The notes: a model not told the origin generated them from the sequence alone. Shown: positions 27,613-38,423, counted from the first letter of the stretch. The stretch: 64,000 nucleotides of DNA from Ruminococcus sp. (GCA_029258605.1 JARHYE010000091.1:1584-65583); one strand, 5' to 3'. Numbers and translations are program-made.

Positions 27613-28191
27613 ATGTATATTATAGCAGGACTTGGAAATCCTGACAGACAGTATGAAGGAACAAGGCACAATGCTGGATTTGATGTCATTGATAGAATTG
27701 CAGAGAAATATAATATAGCAGTAGATACAAAAAAGCATCGTGCATTTATAGGAAAAGGAATCATAAATGGTCAGAAAGTTGTTTTGGCCAAACCACAAAC
27801 ATATATGAATTTAAGTGGGGAGAGTATCCGAAGCCTTGTGGATTATTATAAAATAGATCCAGAGCAAGAACTGATCATCATTTATGATGACATTAGTTTG
27901 GGGGTTGGTCAGCTTAGAATCCGTGCCAAAGGAAGTGCCGGAGGACATAATGGAATCAAAAATATTATTGCACATCTTGGAAATCAGATTTTTCCAAGAG
28001 TAAAAGTAGGAGTCGGAGAAAAACCGTCAAAGATGGATCTTGCAGACTATGTACTTGGCCATTTTTCAAAAGAAGAGAGAGTTGAGATGGAAGATGGTTA
28101 TAAGGAAGCTGCAAATGCAGTAGAATTGATGATACAAGGTGATATTCAAAAAGCGATGAATGAATACAATCGTAAAAAGAAGGAAGAGTAG
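27613..28191 (+). CDS. pth: peptidyl-tRNA hydrolase
   Basis: Start at ATG 27613 after GGAGGA. GLGNPDRQYEGTRHNAGF and GSAGGHNGIKN motifs. Confidence 0.95.
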   Translation: MYIIAGLGNPDRQYEGTRHNAGFDVIDRIAEKYNIAVDTKKHRAFIGKGIINGQKVVLAKPQTYMNLSGESIRSLVDYYKIDPEQELIIIYDDISLGVGQLRIRAKGSAGGHNGIKNIIAHLGNQIFPRVKVGVGEKPSKMDLADYVLGHFSKEERVEMEDGYKEAANAVELMIQGDIQKAMNEYNRKKKEE

Positions 28192-28196
28192 AAATT

Positions 28197-31100
28197 ATGC
28201 AGGCGTTTTTCGCACCCTTGCCAGAACTGGCAGATTATCAGGAAATTTATAAAAATCGACAGAAGAAAAAAGGAATTCTTCAAATAGCAGGATGTGTAAA
28301 TTCTCAGAAGACACACCTTTCTTATGCACTAGGCGATAACATAAAATTCAAAGTAATCGTCTATTCAAGTGCGGAAAAAGCAAAAAATGCATACGAAGAA
28401 TATAAATTTTTAGAAGAAAATGCATATCTTTATCCGGCGAAAGATCTTTTGTTTTATCATGCAGATTTAAAAGGAAAATATCTAGAAAAACAAAGGATGG
28501 CAGTAATAAAAAGCATTCTGGAAACAGAAAAAGGAATGACGGTCATCACAACCATTGACGCCTTCATGGATGGGATGCCGGGACGAAATAAAATAGATAC
28601 ACAAAAAATATCTATTTCATCTTCCAGCACGTTGAATTTCCAAACGCTTCAAGAACAGTTATCTAGCATAGGATATGAGCGAGAAACGGAAGTAGATGGT
28701 CCGGGACAGTTTGCTGTTCGTGGAGGAATTTTGGATGTGTTTCCACTTACAGAAGAGTATCCCATCCGCATTGAACTGTGGGGAGATGAAGTGGATTCTA
28801 TTCGTACATTTGACACGCAGACACAACGCTCCATAGAAAACTTAGAATCGCTTACGATTTATCCAGCAGCAGAACTGGCGGGAGAAGAGGAGGGAGTTTC
28901 CTTTCTGGATTTCTTTGAAGTGAAAGATACGGTTTTGTTTTTGGATGAGCCTGTTCGTTTGATCGAACGTCTGAAAGAAGTAGAAGAAGAATTTTTGATC
29001 AGCAAAAAAAACAGGGAAGAGATGGAAGCGTTTGGAGTAGAAAAGGAACTGACTGTTTTTTCCTCGAAAGAACTGATCAATAAAATAAACCAATATTATG
29101 GAATCGGTTTTACAACACTGGAAAGTAAGTGTGGTGGGTTTAAGATGAGGGAATCCTACTCTCTACAAACCAAGGGAGTCAATCCATATAATAACAGCTT
29201 TGAAATGCTCACAAGAGATTTGAAACGGTTAAAGAGAAGTGGCTATCGTGTCATTCTTCTTTCAGGATCAAGAACACGTGCAAGACGTCTCGCAGAAGAT
29301 CTTAGAGATTATGACCTAAATAGTTTTTATAGCGAGGATTTAAATAGGGAAGTTCAGCCAACGGAAATTATGGTTTCTTATGGACATGTAGAAAGCGGCT
29401 ATGAATATCCGATGCTAAAATTTATGGTGATTTCTGAAACAGATATTTTTGGGAAGAAGAAAAAGAAAAAACGCCATAAAAAATATGAAGGACAAAAGAT
29501 TCAGAATTTTACGGAATTAAAAGTAGGAGATTATGTAGTTCACGAAAACCACGGGCTTGGAATTTACGAAGGAATTGAAAAAATCGAGGTTGATAAAGTT
29601 ACGAAAGACTATATGAAAATTTCTTACGCAGGTGGGAGTTCGCTCTATATACTTGCTACACAGCTTGATCTGATTCAAAAATATGCAGGACCAGACGCAA
29701 AAAAACCAAAATTAAATAAATTAGGAACTACACAGTGGTCAAAGACCAAAAGTCAGGTAAAAGGTGCAGTTAGAGAAATAGCCAAAGATCTTGTGGAATT
29801 ATATGCCACAAGGCAGCAGTCAGATGGATATGAATATGGTCCAGATACTGTGTGGCAGACAGAATTTGAAGAGATGTTCCCTTTTGAAGAAACGGATGAT
29901 CAGATGCAGGCTATTTTGGATACGAAACGAGATATGGAAAGTAAAAAAATTATGGATCGTCTTGTGTGTGGGGATGTCGGTTATGGCAAAACGGAGATTG
30001 CAATTAGAGCTGCATTTAAAGCGGTACAAGAAAGTAAACAAGTGGTCTATCTTGTCCCAACTACTATTTTGGCGCAACAGCATTACAATACCTTTGTGCA
30101 AAGGATGAAAGAATTTCCGATTAAGATAGAGTTATTATGTCGGTTTCGTACAGCAGCAGAGCAAAAGAAAACAATAGAAGGCTTGAAGAAGGGCCAGGTA
30201 GATATTGTAATTGGTACTCACAGAGTGCTGTCAAAAGATGTGGAATTTAAAGATTTGGGACTACTCATCATTGATGAAGAGCAGCGGTTTGGAGTGGCAC
30301 ATAAAGAAAAAATTAAAAAGTTGAAAGAAAACGTGGATGTTCTTACTTTGACAGCAACGCCAATTCCAAGAACTCTCCATATGAGTTTGATTGGAATTCG
30401 AGATATGAGTGTCCTGGAAGAAGCGCCTATGGATCGAATGCCGATTCAAACGTATGTAATGGAATACAATGATGAAATGGTGCGTGAAGCAATTGAACGA
30501 GAATTGGCAAGGGATGGACAGGTATATTACGTGTATAACCAGGTTCACGATATTGCGGATATTGCTGGAAAGATTCAACAACTTGTACCAGATGCAGTTG
30601 TTGCGTATGCTCATGGTCAAATGAAGGAAAGAGAATTGGAAGATATCATGTGTGATTTTATCAATGGTGATATCGATGTGTTGGTTTCTACTACTATTAT
30701 TGAAACTGGGCTCGATATATCAAATGCAAACACAATGATCATTCATGATGCAGATAAACTAGGTTTATCTCAACTGTATCAGCTAAGAGGACGCGTGGGA
30801 CGTTCCAACAGAATGGCCTATGCATTTCTTCTCTATCGAAGAGATAAGCTTTTAAAAGAGATTGCGGAAAAAAGACTAGCTGCAATTCGAGAATTTACAG
30901 ATCTAGGGTCTGGGTTTAAAATCGCAATGCGAGATTTGGAAATTCGTGGAGCAGGAAGCCTTTTAGGAGAAAGACAACATGGTCATATGGAAGCAGTAGG
31001 GTATGATCTATATTGTAAAATGCTAAATGAAGCAGTGAAACAGCTAAAAGGAGAACTGGATGAAGATCTATATACGACAACCATTGATCTAAATGTGGAT

Positions 31101-31535
31101 GCGTTTATTCCGGATAGTTATATTTCCAATGAATATCAAAAGTTAGATATTTATAAGCGAATTGCCAGTATTGAAAATGAAGAAGAAATGGACGATATGA
31201 TCGAGGAACTGATCGACCGTTTTGGAGATATTCCAAAGAAGGTACAGCAACTTCTTACAATTTCTGGTTTAAAAGCGCTTGCACATTCTGCATATGTAAC
31301 AGCTGTGGAACAAAAGGGAGAGGATTTTAAATTTGTAATGTATGAAGAAGCAAAAGTACAACCACAAAAGATTCCAGGGCTTTTAAAATCCTACAATGGA
31401 AATTTAGTGTTTAAAGCAGAAACTCCTCCTTATTTTTACTATCATAAAAAAGGTTATAATAAAAAAGAGAAACATCCAGATGTTCTTGAAACGGTGAAAA
31501 AGTTGTTAATTGATATAAAAAGCTTGTTAGATTAA
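28197..31535 (+). CDS. mfd: transcription-repair coupling factor Mfd
   Basis: 1112 aa. UvrB-homology N-terminus, CarD-like domain (VGDYVVHENHGLGIY). Helicase motifs GDVGYGKTE, DEEQRFG, TATPIPRT, QLRGRVGRS. Confidence 0.96.
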   Translation: MQAFFAPLPELADYQEIYKNRQKKKGILQIAGCVNSQKTHLSYALGDNIKFKVIVYSSAEKAKNAYEEYKFLEENAYLYPAKDLLFYHADLKGKYLEKQRMAVIKSILETEKGMTVITTIDAFMDGMPGRNKIDTQKISISSSSTLNFQTLQEQLSSIGYERETEVDGPGQFAVRGGILDVFPLTEEYPIRIELWGDEVDSIRTFDTQTQRSIENLESLTIYPAAELAGEEEGVSFLDFFEVKDTVLFLDEPVRLIERLKEVEEEFLISKKNREEMEAFGVEKELTVFSSKELINKINQYYGIGFTTLESKCGGFKMRESYSLQTKGVNPYNNSFEMLTRDLKRLKRSGYRVILLSGSRTRARRLAEDLRDYDLNSFYSEDLNREVQPTEIMVSYGHVESGYEYPMLKFMVISETDIFGKKKKKKRHKKYEGQKIQNFTELKVGDYVVHENHGLGIYEGIEKIEVDKVTKDYMKISYAGGSSLYILATQLDLIQKYAGPDAKKPKLNKLGTTQWSKTKSQVKGAVREIAKDLVELYATRQQSDGYEYGPDTVWQTEFEEMFPFEETDDQMQAILDTKRDMESKKIMDRLVCGDVGYGKTEIAIRAAFKAVQESKQVVYLVPTTILAQQHYNTFVQRMKEFPIKIELLCRFRTAAEQKKTIEGLKKGQVDIVIGTHRVLSKDVEFKDLGLLIIDEEQRFGVAHKEKIKKLKENVDVLTLTATPIPRTLHMSLIGIRDMSVLEEAPMDRMPIQTYVMEYNDEMVREAIERELARDGQVYYVYNQVHDIADIAGKIQQLVPDAVVAYAHGQMKERELEDIMCDFINGDIDVLVSTTIIETGLDISNANTMIIHDADKLGLSQLYQLRGRVGRSNRMAYAFLLYRRDKLLKEIAEKRLAAIREFTDLGSGFKIAMRDLEIRGAGSLLGERQHGHMEAVGYDLYCKMLNEAVKQLKGELDEDLYTTTIDLNVDAFIPDSYISNEYQKLDIYKRIASIENEEEMDDMIEELIDRFGDIPKKVQQLLTISGLKALAHSAYVTAVEQKGEDFKFVMYEEAKVQPQKIPGLLKSYNGNLVFKAETPPYFYYHKKGYNKKEKHPDVLETVKKLLIDIKSLLD

Positions 31536-31588
31536 AAAAAAAAGGCTATACTTTAATTTGGTGAAAATGAAATGTTTAGGAGGCGTTT

Positions 31589-32623
31589 ATGATCAGTTTA
31601 AAAAAGAGACTACTCGTTTTAGCAGCAGCAAGTACCTTTGCGGTTACTTCTTTAGCCGGATGTGGTAATTCTATTAATAATGATGAAGCAGTGTCAACGA
31701 TAGGTGAAGAAAAGATTTCTTTTGGGGTCGCAAATTTTTATGCAAGGATGCAGCAGGCGCAATATGAGACTTACTACGCAGGCATGATGGGAACGACTGC
31801 ACAGGAAATGTGGAAGCAGCAAGTGGACAAAAGTAAGACATACGAAGAGATGGTAAAAGAAGGGGTAATGGATAATCTTGAAATAGTATATCTTGTGGAT
31901 CAGCATGCAAAAGACTATAAGGTAGAATTGACAAAAGATGAACAAGAGTCCATTGAAAAAGTGGTAAAACAATTTATAGCTGATAACAACGAAAGTACAA
32001 GAAAGGTGATTTCAGGTTCCAAAGAGTATGTGAAAGAACTTCTTGAAAAACTTACGCTTCAAAATAAAATGACAAAGCAGATGACGGCAGATGTTGATCA
32101 GAATGTGTCAGATGACGAAGCGGCACAAAAAGCGATGGATTACGTATTTTTATCTTTTAAGAAAACAGCAGAAGATGGCAGTGTAAAAGATATGACAGCG
32201 GAAGAGAAAGAGAAGCTTAAAGAAAAAGCTCAGTTTATCAGAAAAGCGGTAGCTGAAGGACAACCATTTGAAGAGGCAGCAAAGACACAAGAAGTAGAGA
32301 TAAAAAAAGCAACTTTTGACAAAAAAACAACATCAATTGATACAGACTTTATTAAAGTGGCAGATACGTTGAAAGAAAACGAACTTTCAGAAGTGGTGGA
32401 GACACAATCAGGACTTTACCTCGGACAGATCACAAGTTTGTTAGACCGAGAGGCTACCGATGCAAAAAAAGAAACAATCATAAATGAAAGAAAAGCAGCA
32501 AAATACCAAGAACTGGTCGATACTTGGAAAAAGGATACAAAAATAGACAGAAATAAAAAGGCCTGGAAGAAAATTAACTTTGAAAAGACTGGTGTAGCAA
32601 TAAAACAAAAATCAGAACAATAA
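31589..32623 (+). CDS. PrsA/SurA-like lipoprotein (putative foldase)
   Basis: Lipobox LAGC. SurA-N-like helical region. C-terminal segment with LSEVVETQSGLYLGQI is reminiscent of parvulin PPIases. Gene order mfd then prsA-like is common in Clostridia (recall). Confidence 0.6.
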   Translation: MISLKKRLLVLAAASTFAVTSLAGCGNSINNDEAVSTIGEEKISFGVANFYARMQQAQYETYYAGMMGTTAQEMWKQQVDKSKTYEEMVKEGVMDNLEIVYLVDQHAKDYKVELTKDEQESIEKVVKQFIADNNESTRKVISGSKEYVKELLEKLTLQNKMTKQMTADVDQNVSDDEAAQKAMDYVFLSFKKTAEDGSVKDMTAEEKEKLKEKAQFIRKAVAEGQPFEEAAKTQEVEIKKATFDKKTTSIDTDFIKVADTLKENELSEVVETQSGLYLGQITSLLDREATDAKKETIINERKAAKYQELVDTWKKDTKIDRNKKAWKKINFEKTGVAIKQKSEQ

Positions 32624-32632
32624 AAACAAAAA

Positions 32633-32676
32633 GACTGCTTGAGAAGTAAAAATTACTTTTCGGCAGCCTTTTTTAA
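32633..32676 (+). terminator. putative intrinsic terminator (imperfect stem)
   Basis: AGAAGTAA-AAA-TTACTTTT inner stem, flanked by CTGC/GCAG, followed by CCTTTTTT. Confidence 0.45.
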
Positions 32677-32687
32677 GGAGCAAATAT

Positions 32688-33605
32688 ATGGGATATGATT
32701 ATGGAAAAATATGGATTGCAGGCGCATACGGACGTGTAGGTACAATGATACACAATATGCTTGATATGCGTGATGTGGAACTTTTTGAAACAGGTCATGA
32801 GGACTTAGATATTACAGACGCTGTTGCGGTAAATCGATTTGGAAGCGGCAACCGTCCAAATACGATTATTAACTGTGCAGGTATGACGGACGTACGTTTG
32901 TGTGAAGAAAATGTAGAAGAAGCTTATAAAGTGAATGCATTAGGAGCAAGAAATTTAAGTGCGATTGCAAGAAAAATTGATGCGCGAATTATCCAAATTT
33001 CAACAGATGATATTTTTTGTGATAGCACAAAGACAAGTTTTCACGAATTTGATGTTCCAAATCCAAAGACAGTATATGGAAAGTCTAAGCTTGCTGGAGA
33101 AAATTTTGTAAAAGAGTTGGCGCCAAAGCACTTAATCATTCGAAGTTCATGGGTTTATGGAAAAGAAGGAGATAACTTTGTAAATTATATTATAGAACGC
33201 GCAAAGAATGGACAACCAATAGAAGCGGCAATTGACGATTTTGCATGCCCTACAAGCGCCAAAGAACTTTCCAAAGTTATTTTGCGATTGATTCAAGCAG
33301 AGCAAGAAGGAATTTACCATGCCGTGTGTGATGGATACTGTAGTCGTTATGAGTTGGCGGAAGAAATTTTAAAACTTCTTGGAAAAGAAGAGGTACCGTT
33401 GATTCCAAAAATGAGAAGAGATATGATTCAAGGAAGAGAAAGTTTTGAACATATGAATACATCAAATGCATCTAAGGTTGTAAAGATGACAGAAGAAGAG
33501 TGTGGCAGTCGATATACGATTCTTGATAATATGATGCTTCGTATGTGTGGGATTGAATGCCCAATTTCTTGGAAAGAAGCGTTAAAAGAGTATATCTGTA
33601 AATAG
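32688..33605 (+). CDS. RmlD-family NAD(P)-dependent sugar reductase (dTDP-4-dehydrorhamnose reductase-like)
   Basis: IAGAYGRVGTMI Rossmann motif, INCAGMTDV, YGKSKLAGE (YxxxK). No rmlA, rmlB or rmlC in the window. Confidence 0.75.
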   Translation: MGYDYGKIWIAGAYGRVGTMIHNMLDMRDVELFETGHEDLDITDAVAVNRFGSGNRPNTIINCAGMTDVRLCEENVEEAYKVNALGARNLSAIARKIDARIIQISTDDIFCDSTKTSFHEFDVPNPKTVYGKSKLAGENFVKELAPKHLIIRSSWVYGKEGDNFVNYIIERAKNGQPIEAAIDDFACPTSAKELSKVILRLIQAEQEGIYHAVCDGYCSRYELAEEILKLLGKEEVPLIPKMRRDMIQGRESFEHMNTSNASKVVKMTEEECGSRYTILDNMMLRMCGIECPISWKEALKEYICK

Positions 33606-33623
33606 TTAGAAAGAAGGAATTGA

Positions 33624-34898
33624 ATGAAAAATAAAGATAAGAAAAAAATAGGGCTTACCACATGGATTTTCCTTAGTCTTATTCTAGGATCAATTGCAGG
33701 AATTGTGCTTCATTACTGGGTCCCAGCTGGCTACGTAAGAGATGAGGTGATTATCGATGGTATTTTTTATGTAATTGGTAATGGCTTTTTACGTGCAATG
33801 CAAATGTTGGTTGTACCACTTGTATTTTGCTCATTGGTATGTGGCAGTATGGCAATTGGGGACACAAAGACTTTGGGAAAAGTTGGGATTAAAACAGTAT
33901 TGTTTTATTTGTTTACAACCGCAGTTGCGATTTCCTTGGCCCTTTCGGTTGGAAAAGTGATTCATCCAGGAGTTGGGTTGGATATTTCAAGTATTGAGCG
34001 TACAGAAACTGCAATTGCAGAAACAACAGGATTTGCAGATACACTATTAAACATTATTCCGAAAAATCCAATTCAAGGTCTAGCAGAAGGAAACATGCTT
34101 CAGATTATTTTCTTCGCCATATTTATAGGGATCTTACTTGCAAAACGAGGAGAAAGAGCAACAACGATTGCACAGTTCTTTTCAGAATTCAATGATCTTA
34201 TGATGGATATGACGATGGCCGTTATGAAGGCTGCACCATTTGGTGTGTTCTGTCTTATAGCAAAAACATTTGCGGGAATTGGTTTTGACGCATTTATTCC
34301 AATGCTAAAATATATGTTCGCGGTATTTTTGGCGTTAATGCTTCAAGGTTTTGGAGTATATCAAATTTTATTGAAGATTTTTACAGGTTTAAATCCAATC
34401 AAATTTGTAAAGAAGTTCCTTCCAGTTATGGGATTTGCATTTTCTACGGCAACTTCTAATGCAACAATCCCACTTTCTATTGATACTCTTGATAAAAAAA
34501 TGGGGGTTTCTAGAAAGATTTCGTCCTTTACAATTCCCCTTGGGGCGACAATTAATATGGATGGAACAGCAATTATGCAGGGAGTGGCAGTCATGTTTGT
34601 CTCTCAAGCTTTTGGAATTCATTTAACTGCTGTAGATTATTTGACAGTTATTGCAACGGCAACCCTTGCATCAATCGGTACAGCAGGTGTTCCGGGTGTG
34701 GGACTTATTACGCTTTCCATGGTATTTAATTCAGTCGGACTTCCTGTAGAGGGAATCGCACTTATTATGGGAATTGATCGAATCTTGGATATGACAAGAA
34801 CTGCTGTAAATATTACGGGAGATGCAGTATGTACCACAATTGTGGCTCATCAAAATAAAATGCTAAAAAAAGAAGTATTTGATCGAATGGACGTATAA
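33624..34898 (+). CDS. dicarboxylate/amino acid:cation symporter (SDF/DAACS family)
   Basis: Multi-TM protein with FSTATSNATIPL and PLGATINMDGTA hairpin motifs, GVPGVGL, and DRILDMTRTAVNITGD. Confidence 0.88.
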   Translation: MKNKDKKKIGLTTWIFLSLILGSIAGIVLHYWVPAGYVRDEVIIDGIFYVIGNGFLRAMQMLVVPLVFCSLVCGSMAIGDTKTLGKVGIKTVLFYLFTTAVAISLALSVGKVIHPGVGLDISSIERTETAIAETTGFADTLLNIIPKNPIQGLAEGNMLQIIFFAIFIGILLAKRGERATTIAQFFSEFNDLMMDMTMAVMKAAPFGVFCLIAKTFAGIGFDAFIPMLKYMFAVFLALMLQGFGVYQILLKIFTGLNPIKFVKKFLPVMGFAFSTATSNATIPLSIDTLDKKMGVSRKISSFTIPLGATINMDGTAIMQGVAVMFVSQAFGIHLTAVDYLTVIATATLASIGTAGVPGVGLITLSMVFNSVGLPVEGIALIMGIDRILDMTRTAVNITGDAVCTTIVAHQNKMLKKEVFDRMDV

Positions 34899-34938
34899 AA
34901 AAACCCGGGTTTCATTTTCTGAAATCCGGGTTCTTTTT
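34896..34938. terminator. bidirectional intrinsic terminator between convergent genes
   Basis: AACCCGGGTTTCA (34902-34914) pairs with TGAAATCCGGGTT (34920-34932), one G-U. A-run upstream and T-run downstream. Confidence 0.8.
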
Positions 34939-35422
34939 ATATGTATTCTAATCGTTCAAAATATTGCATAAGGATGTTGGCACAATTATCAACGCCCAGC
35001 TCAGATGTGTCAAGAATCATATGGTAATCGTTAATATCTCCCCATGTGTTGCCGGTGTGTTCATAGTAATAAGCAGAACGTTCTTCATCGGTTGTTTCCA
35101 CTTTTTCTTTTGCTTGTTCATAAGTAAGAGATTCTAAATCCATAATTCGTTGGATGCGATCTTCTTTTGATGCGCAGACAAAAATATTTAATACATTCAT
35201 TTTATCTTTTAAGATATGAGAAGCGCATCGACCAAGAATGATACATGGTTTTTCGGCAAGTTTTCGAATCGCCTCAGCTTCAGATTCGTACATATGATCA
35301 TCTATTTTTTGTTCAATATAGGCTTTGTCATATACTGGGATGCCTAGCCTTTCGGAAAGCTCATTTGCAATCACGCTGGCACCGGTGCCGAAACGACGGC
35401 TCATTGTAATTACTAATTTCAT
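34937..35422 (-). CDS. cytidylate kinase-like family protein
   Basis: Start at the internal Met (MKLVITMSRRFGTGASVIANEL), preceded by AGGAGG. P-loop-like RRFGTGAS. About 160 aa. Confidence 0.7.
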   Translation of the reverse strand: MKLVITMSRRFGTGASVIANELSERLGIPVYDKAYIEQKIDDHMYESEAEAIRKLAEKPCIILGRCASHILKDKMNVLNIFVCASKEDRIQRIMDLESLTYEQAKEKVETTDEERSAYYYEHTGNTWGDINDYHMILDTSELGVDNCANILMQYFERLEYI

Positions 35423-35611
35423 ATAGAAGTCCTCCTTTGTATGCACACATAAATATGTAATTCCTATTATAACACTGTATTTGGAAAAAGGATATGGTAG
35501 ATTGTATAAAATATATTTCAACTTGCACAATTTGATGATTGTGTTATAATTAACAGTAATTATTTGATTTTAACATGGGATGTCGTGTCTAATTGTTTAG
35601 AGAGGGAAATT

Positions 35612-37063
35612 ATGAATCAGAAATCAAAATCTAGAAAAAGAACGGTACGTAAGCGTAATAGGGTAGGAAAGCTTTTGGCGTTGTTCCAGTTGGTGCTTTC
35701 CTTTATTTGTGTTTTGTTAATTGGTATGAGTGGATTATTGCCTATGAAATATATGTTGTTAGTGATACTTGCTTTATTCCTTGCATTTGAGGTCTCTTAT
35801 TTGCTTCAATACACCAAAGGAAAAGCTAGTTTAATTGGTGTTGTAATCAGCATTCTGGTTTGTATAGGCTCTTTGGGTGGAATATATGCAATATCCAAGT
35901 TTACAGGGCTTATGAGTTCTATTGGTGGGGCAGAGTATAAAACAGATAACATGGTGGTTGTTGTTAGAAAAGAAGATCCGGCTGAAACAATTCAAGATTT
36001 AAAAACGTATCGTTTTGGAATTCAAAGCACATTGGATAAAGATAATACCTTAAAGATGTGCAAAAAAGTAGAGGGTGAATTAGGAGTTACATTGAATACG
36101 AAAGAGTATCCAGGTGTTGTAGAAGAAGCTCGAGCATTATTAAGTGGCGAGTTAGATGCAGCTATTTATAATAGCGGATTTCTTGGACTGATAGAAGAAA
36201 GTATTGAGGGTTACTCTGATCAAGTAAAGGTTATTTATCAGTATGGAATTAAAACAAAATTAAATGCAGAAAAAGGTAAAACGGTGGAAGATCCGTTTAA
36301 CATATATATAAGTGGAATTGATGTAGAAGGATCTGTATCCACAACAAGTCGTAGTGATGTAAATATTATCATGACTGTCAATCCAGATACACATAAGATC
36401 CTACTTACAACAACACCAAGAGATTACTATGTTCCAATTCCAGATATTTCAGGAGGTATGCCAGATAAATTAACACATGCTGGGTTATATGGAGTAGATG
36501 CATCCATGAGGACATTGGAAGAAATTTATGGAATTGATTTATCTTATTATGCAAGAGTAAACTTTACTTCATTAATTAAGATTGTAGATGCGCTTGGCGG
36601 AGTAGATGTTAATTCAGAATATGCGTTTAACGCAGGGGGGTATGACTTCCAAGTAGGATTGAATCATATGAATGGAGAACAAGCATTGGCTTTTTCAAGA
36701 GAGAGATACAGTTTTTCAGATGGAGATAATCAACGAGGAAAAAATCAAGAGGCAGTCATTACTGCAATTTTGAAAAAAGCAATGTCACCTGCAATTCTTA
36801 AAAATGCAGGCGAGATTATTGCAGATGTAAGTGATAGTGTAGAGACAAATATGACACAAAAAGAAATGTCCAAGTTTATTAGTATGCAGTTATCAAGTGG
36901 GGCTTCATGGGATATTCAGTCGACAGCTACACAGGGAATTTTGGCAGGAGAATATCAACCTTGTTTCTCGAGTGGTAGTCAGCCGTTGTCTGTAATGTAT
37001 CCAGATGAAAATTCAATAGCTGAAAATTCAAATAAGATGAAACAGATTTTAGAAGGAAATTAA
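35612..37063 (+). CDS. LytR-CpsA-Psr (LCP) family glycopolymer-peptidoglycan ligase, copy 1
   Basis: Start at ATG 35612. Basic N-terminus plus 3 TM helices. LCP core with RSDVNIIMTVNP, TTPRDYYV, PDKLTHAG, VNFTSLIKIVDALGGVDV, LAFSRERYSF..GDNQRGKNQ. Confidence 0.88.
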   Translation: MNQKSKSRKRTVRKRNRVGKLLALFQLVLSFICVLLIGMSGLLPMKYMLLVILALFLAFEVSYLLQYTKGKASLIGVVISILVCIGSLGGIYAISKFTGLMSSIGGAEYKTDNMVVVVRKEDPAETIQDLKTYRFGIQSTLDKDNTLKMCKKVEGELGVTLNTKEYPGVVEEARALLSGELDAAIYNSGFLGLIEESIEGYSDQVKVIYQYGIKTKLNAEKGKTVEDPFNIYISGIDVEGSVSTTSRSDVNIIMTVNPDTHKILLTTTPRDYYVPIPDISGGMPDKLTHAGLYGVDASMRTLEEIYGIDLSYYARVNFTSLIKIVDALGGVDVNSEYAFNAGGYDFQVGLNHMNGEQALAFSRERYSFSDGDNQRGKNQEAVITAILKKAMSPAILKNAGEIIADVSDSVETNMTQKEMSKFISMQLSSGASWDIQSTATQGILAGEYQPCFSSGSQPLSVMYPDENSIAENSNKMKQILEGN

Positions 37064-37088
37064 AATATACTAAAGCGAGGAAATAGTT

Positions 37089-38348
37089 ATGAATGAGAGA
37101 TTAAGTCCATTTGAAGAAAAAGTGTGGTTGTCAAGTCCAACAATGCATGGAGAAGAAGCAACCTATATGTCCGAAGCGTATGAAACAAATTGGATGTCTA
37201 CAGTGGGAAAAAATATAAATGAAGTAGAGCGTCTTGCCTGCGAAAAGGTTGGATGTAAATGTGCAGTTGGGTTATCCTCTGGTACGGCATCACTTCATAT
37301 GGCCATGAAATTAGCAGGGGTGAAAAGAGGAGATAAGGTATTTTGCTCAGATATGACATTTGGAGCTACAGTGAACCCAGTTGTATATGAAGGGGGAATT
37401 CCAGTATTTATCGACACAGAGTATGATACATGGAATATGGATCCAGTTGCATTAGAAAAAGCTTTTGAATTGTACCCTGATGTCAAAGTGGTAGTAGTTG
37501 CACATCTCTATGGTGTTCCAGGAAAAATAGATGCTTTAAAAGAGATTTGTGAGAAACATGGGGCGGTAATTATTGAAGATGCTGCAGAATCGTTGGGAGC
37601 GACTTATAAGGGAATTCAGACAGGTAGTTTTGGGGAATACAATGCAGTTTCCTTTAATGGAAACAAAATCATTACAGGCTCATCTGGCGGAATGCTTCTT
37701 ACAGATGATGTAGAAGCTGCAAACAAAGTAAGAAAATGGTCTACCCAGTCTAGAGAGGATGCACCTTGGTATCAACATGAAGAAATTGGCTATAATTACC
37801 GAATGAGTAATGTTATCGCCGGAGTGATAAGAGGACAATTTCCTTATTTAGAGGAACATATTGCACAGAAAAAAGCAATTTATGAGAGATATAAGGAAGG
37901 ATTTAAAAACCTACCAGTGACACTAAATCCGTATGATGAAAAAAATTCTGAGCCAAACTTTTGGTTAAGCTGCATGATGATAAATAATGATGCAATGTGT
38001 AGGCAAGTGAGAGGGGAGTCAGAATCTATATATGTCAAAGAAAGTGGTAAGACATGTCCGACTGAGATTTTAGAAACACTAGCAAAATATAATGCAGAAG
38101 GACGGCCTATATGGAAACCTATGCATATGCAGCCAATTTATAGAATGAACAGTTTTGTAACAAGAGAAGGGGATGGACGAGCGAAAACAAATGCTTACAT
38201 ACCAGGTGGAGCGATTGGTGAAGATGGAAAACCGTTAGATGTAGGGATGGACATATTCCATAGAGGACTTTGCCTGCCAAGTGATAATAAAATGACAGAA
38301 GAGCAACAAAATAAAATCATTGAAATTGTAAGAAACTGTTTTGAGTAA
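37089..38348 (+). CDS. DegT/DnrJ/EryC1/StrS-family PLP-dependent sugar aminotransferase (long, EpsN/WcfR-like form)
   Basis: GLSSGTASLH, IIEDAAESLG, and SFNGNKIITGSSGGMLL with the PLP Lys. Confidence 0.85.
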   Translation: MNERLSPFEEKVWLSSPTMHGEEATYMSEAYETNWMSTVGKNINEVERLACEKVGCKCAVGLSSGTASLHMAMKLAGVKRGDKVFCSDMTFGATVNPVVYEGGIPVFIDTEYDTWNMDPVALEKAFELYPDVKVVVVAHLYGVPGKIDALKEICEKHGAVIIEDAAESLGATYKGIQTGSFGEYNAVSFNGNKIITGSSGGMLLTDDVEAANKVRKWSTQSREDAPWYQHEEIGYNYRMSNVIAGVIRGQFPYLEEHIAQKKAIYERYKEGFKNLPVTLNPYDEKNSEPNFWLSCMMINNDAMCRQVRGESESIYVKESGKTCPTEILETLAKYNAEGRPIWKPMHMQPIYRMNSFVTREGDGRAKTNAYIPGGAIGEDGKPLDVGMDIFHRGLCLPSDNKMTEEQQNKIIEIVRNCFE

Positions 38349-38423
38349 GAGAAAATTAAGTTGGATTTCATATGAAACATAATTGTTAAAAAAATAAAAA
38401 AAATATTAATAGTTGTTAATAAG

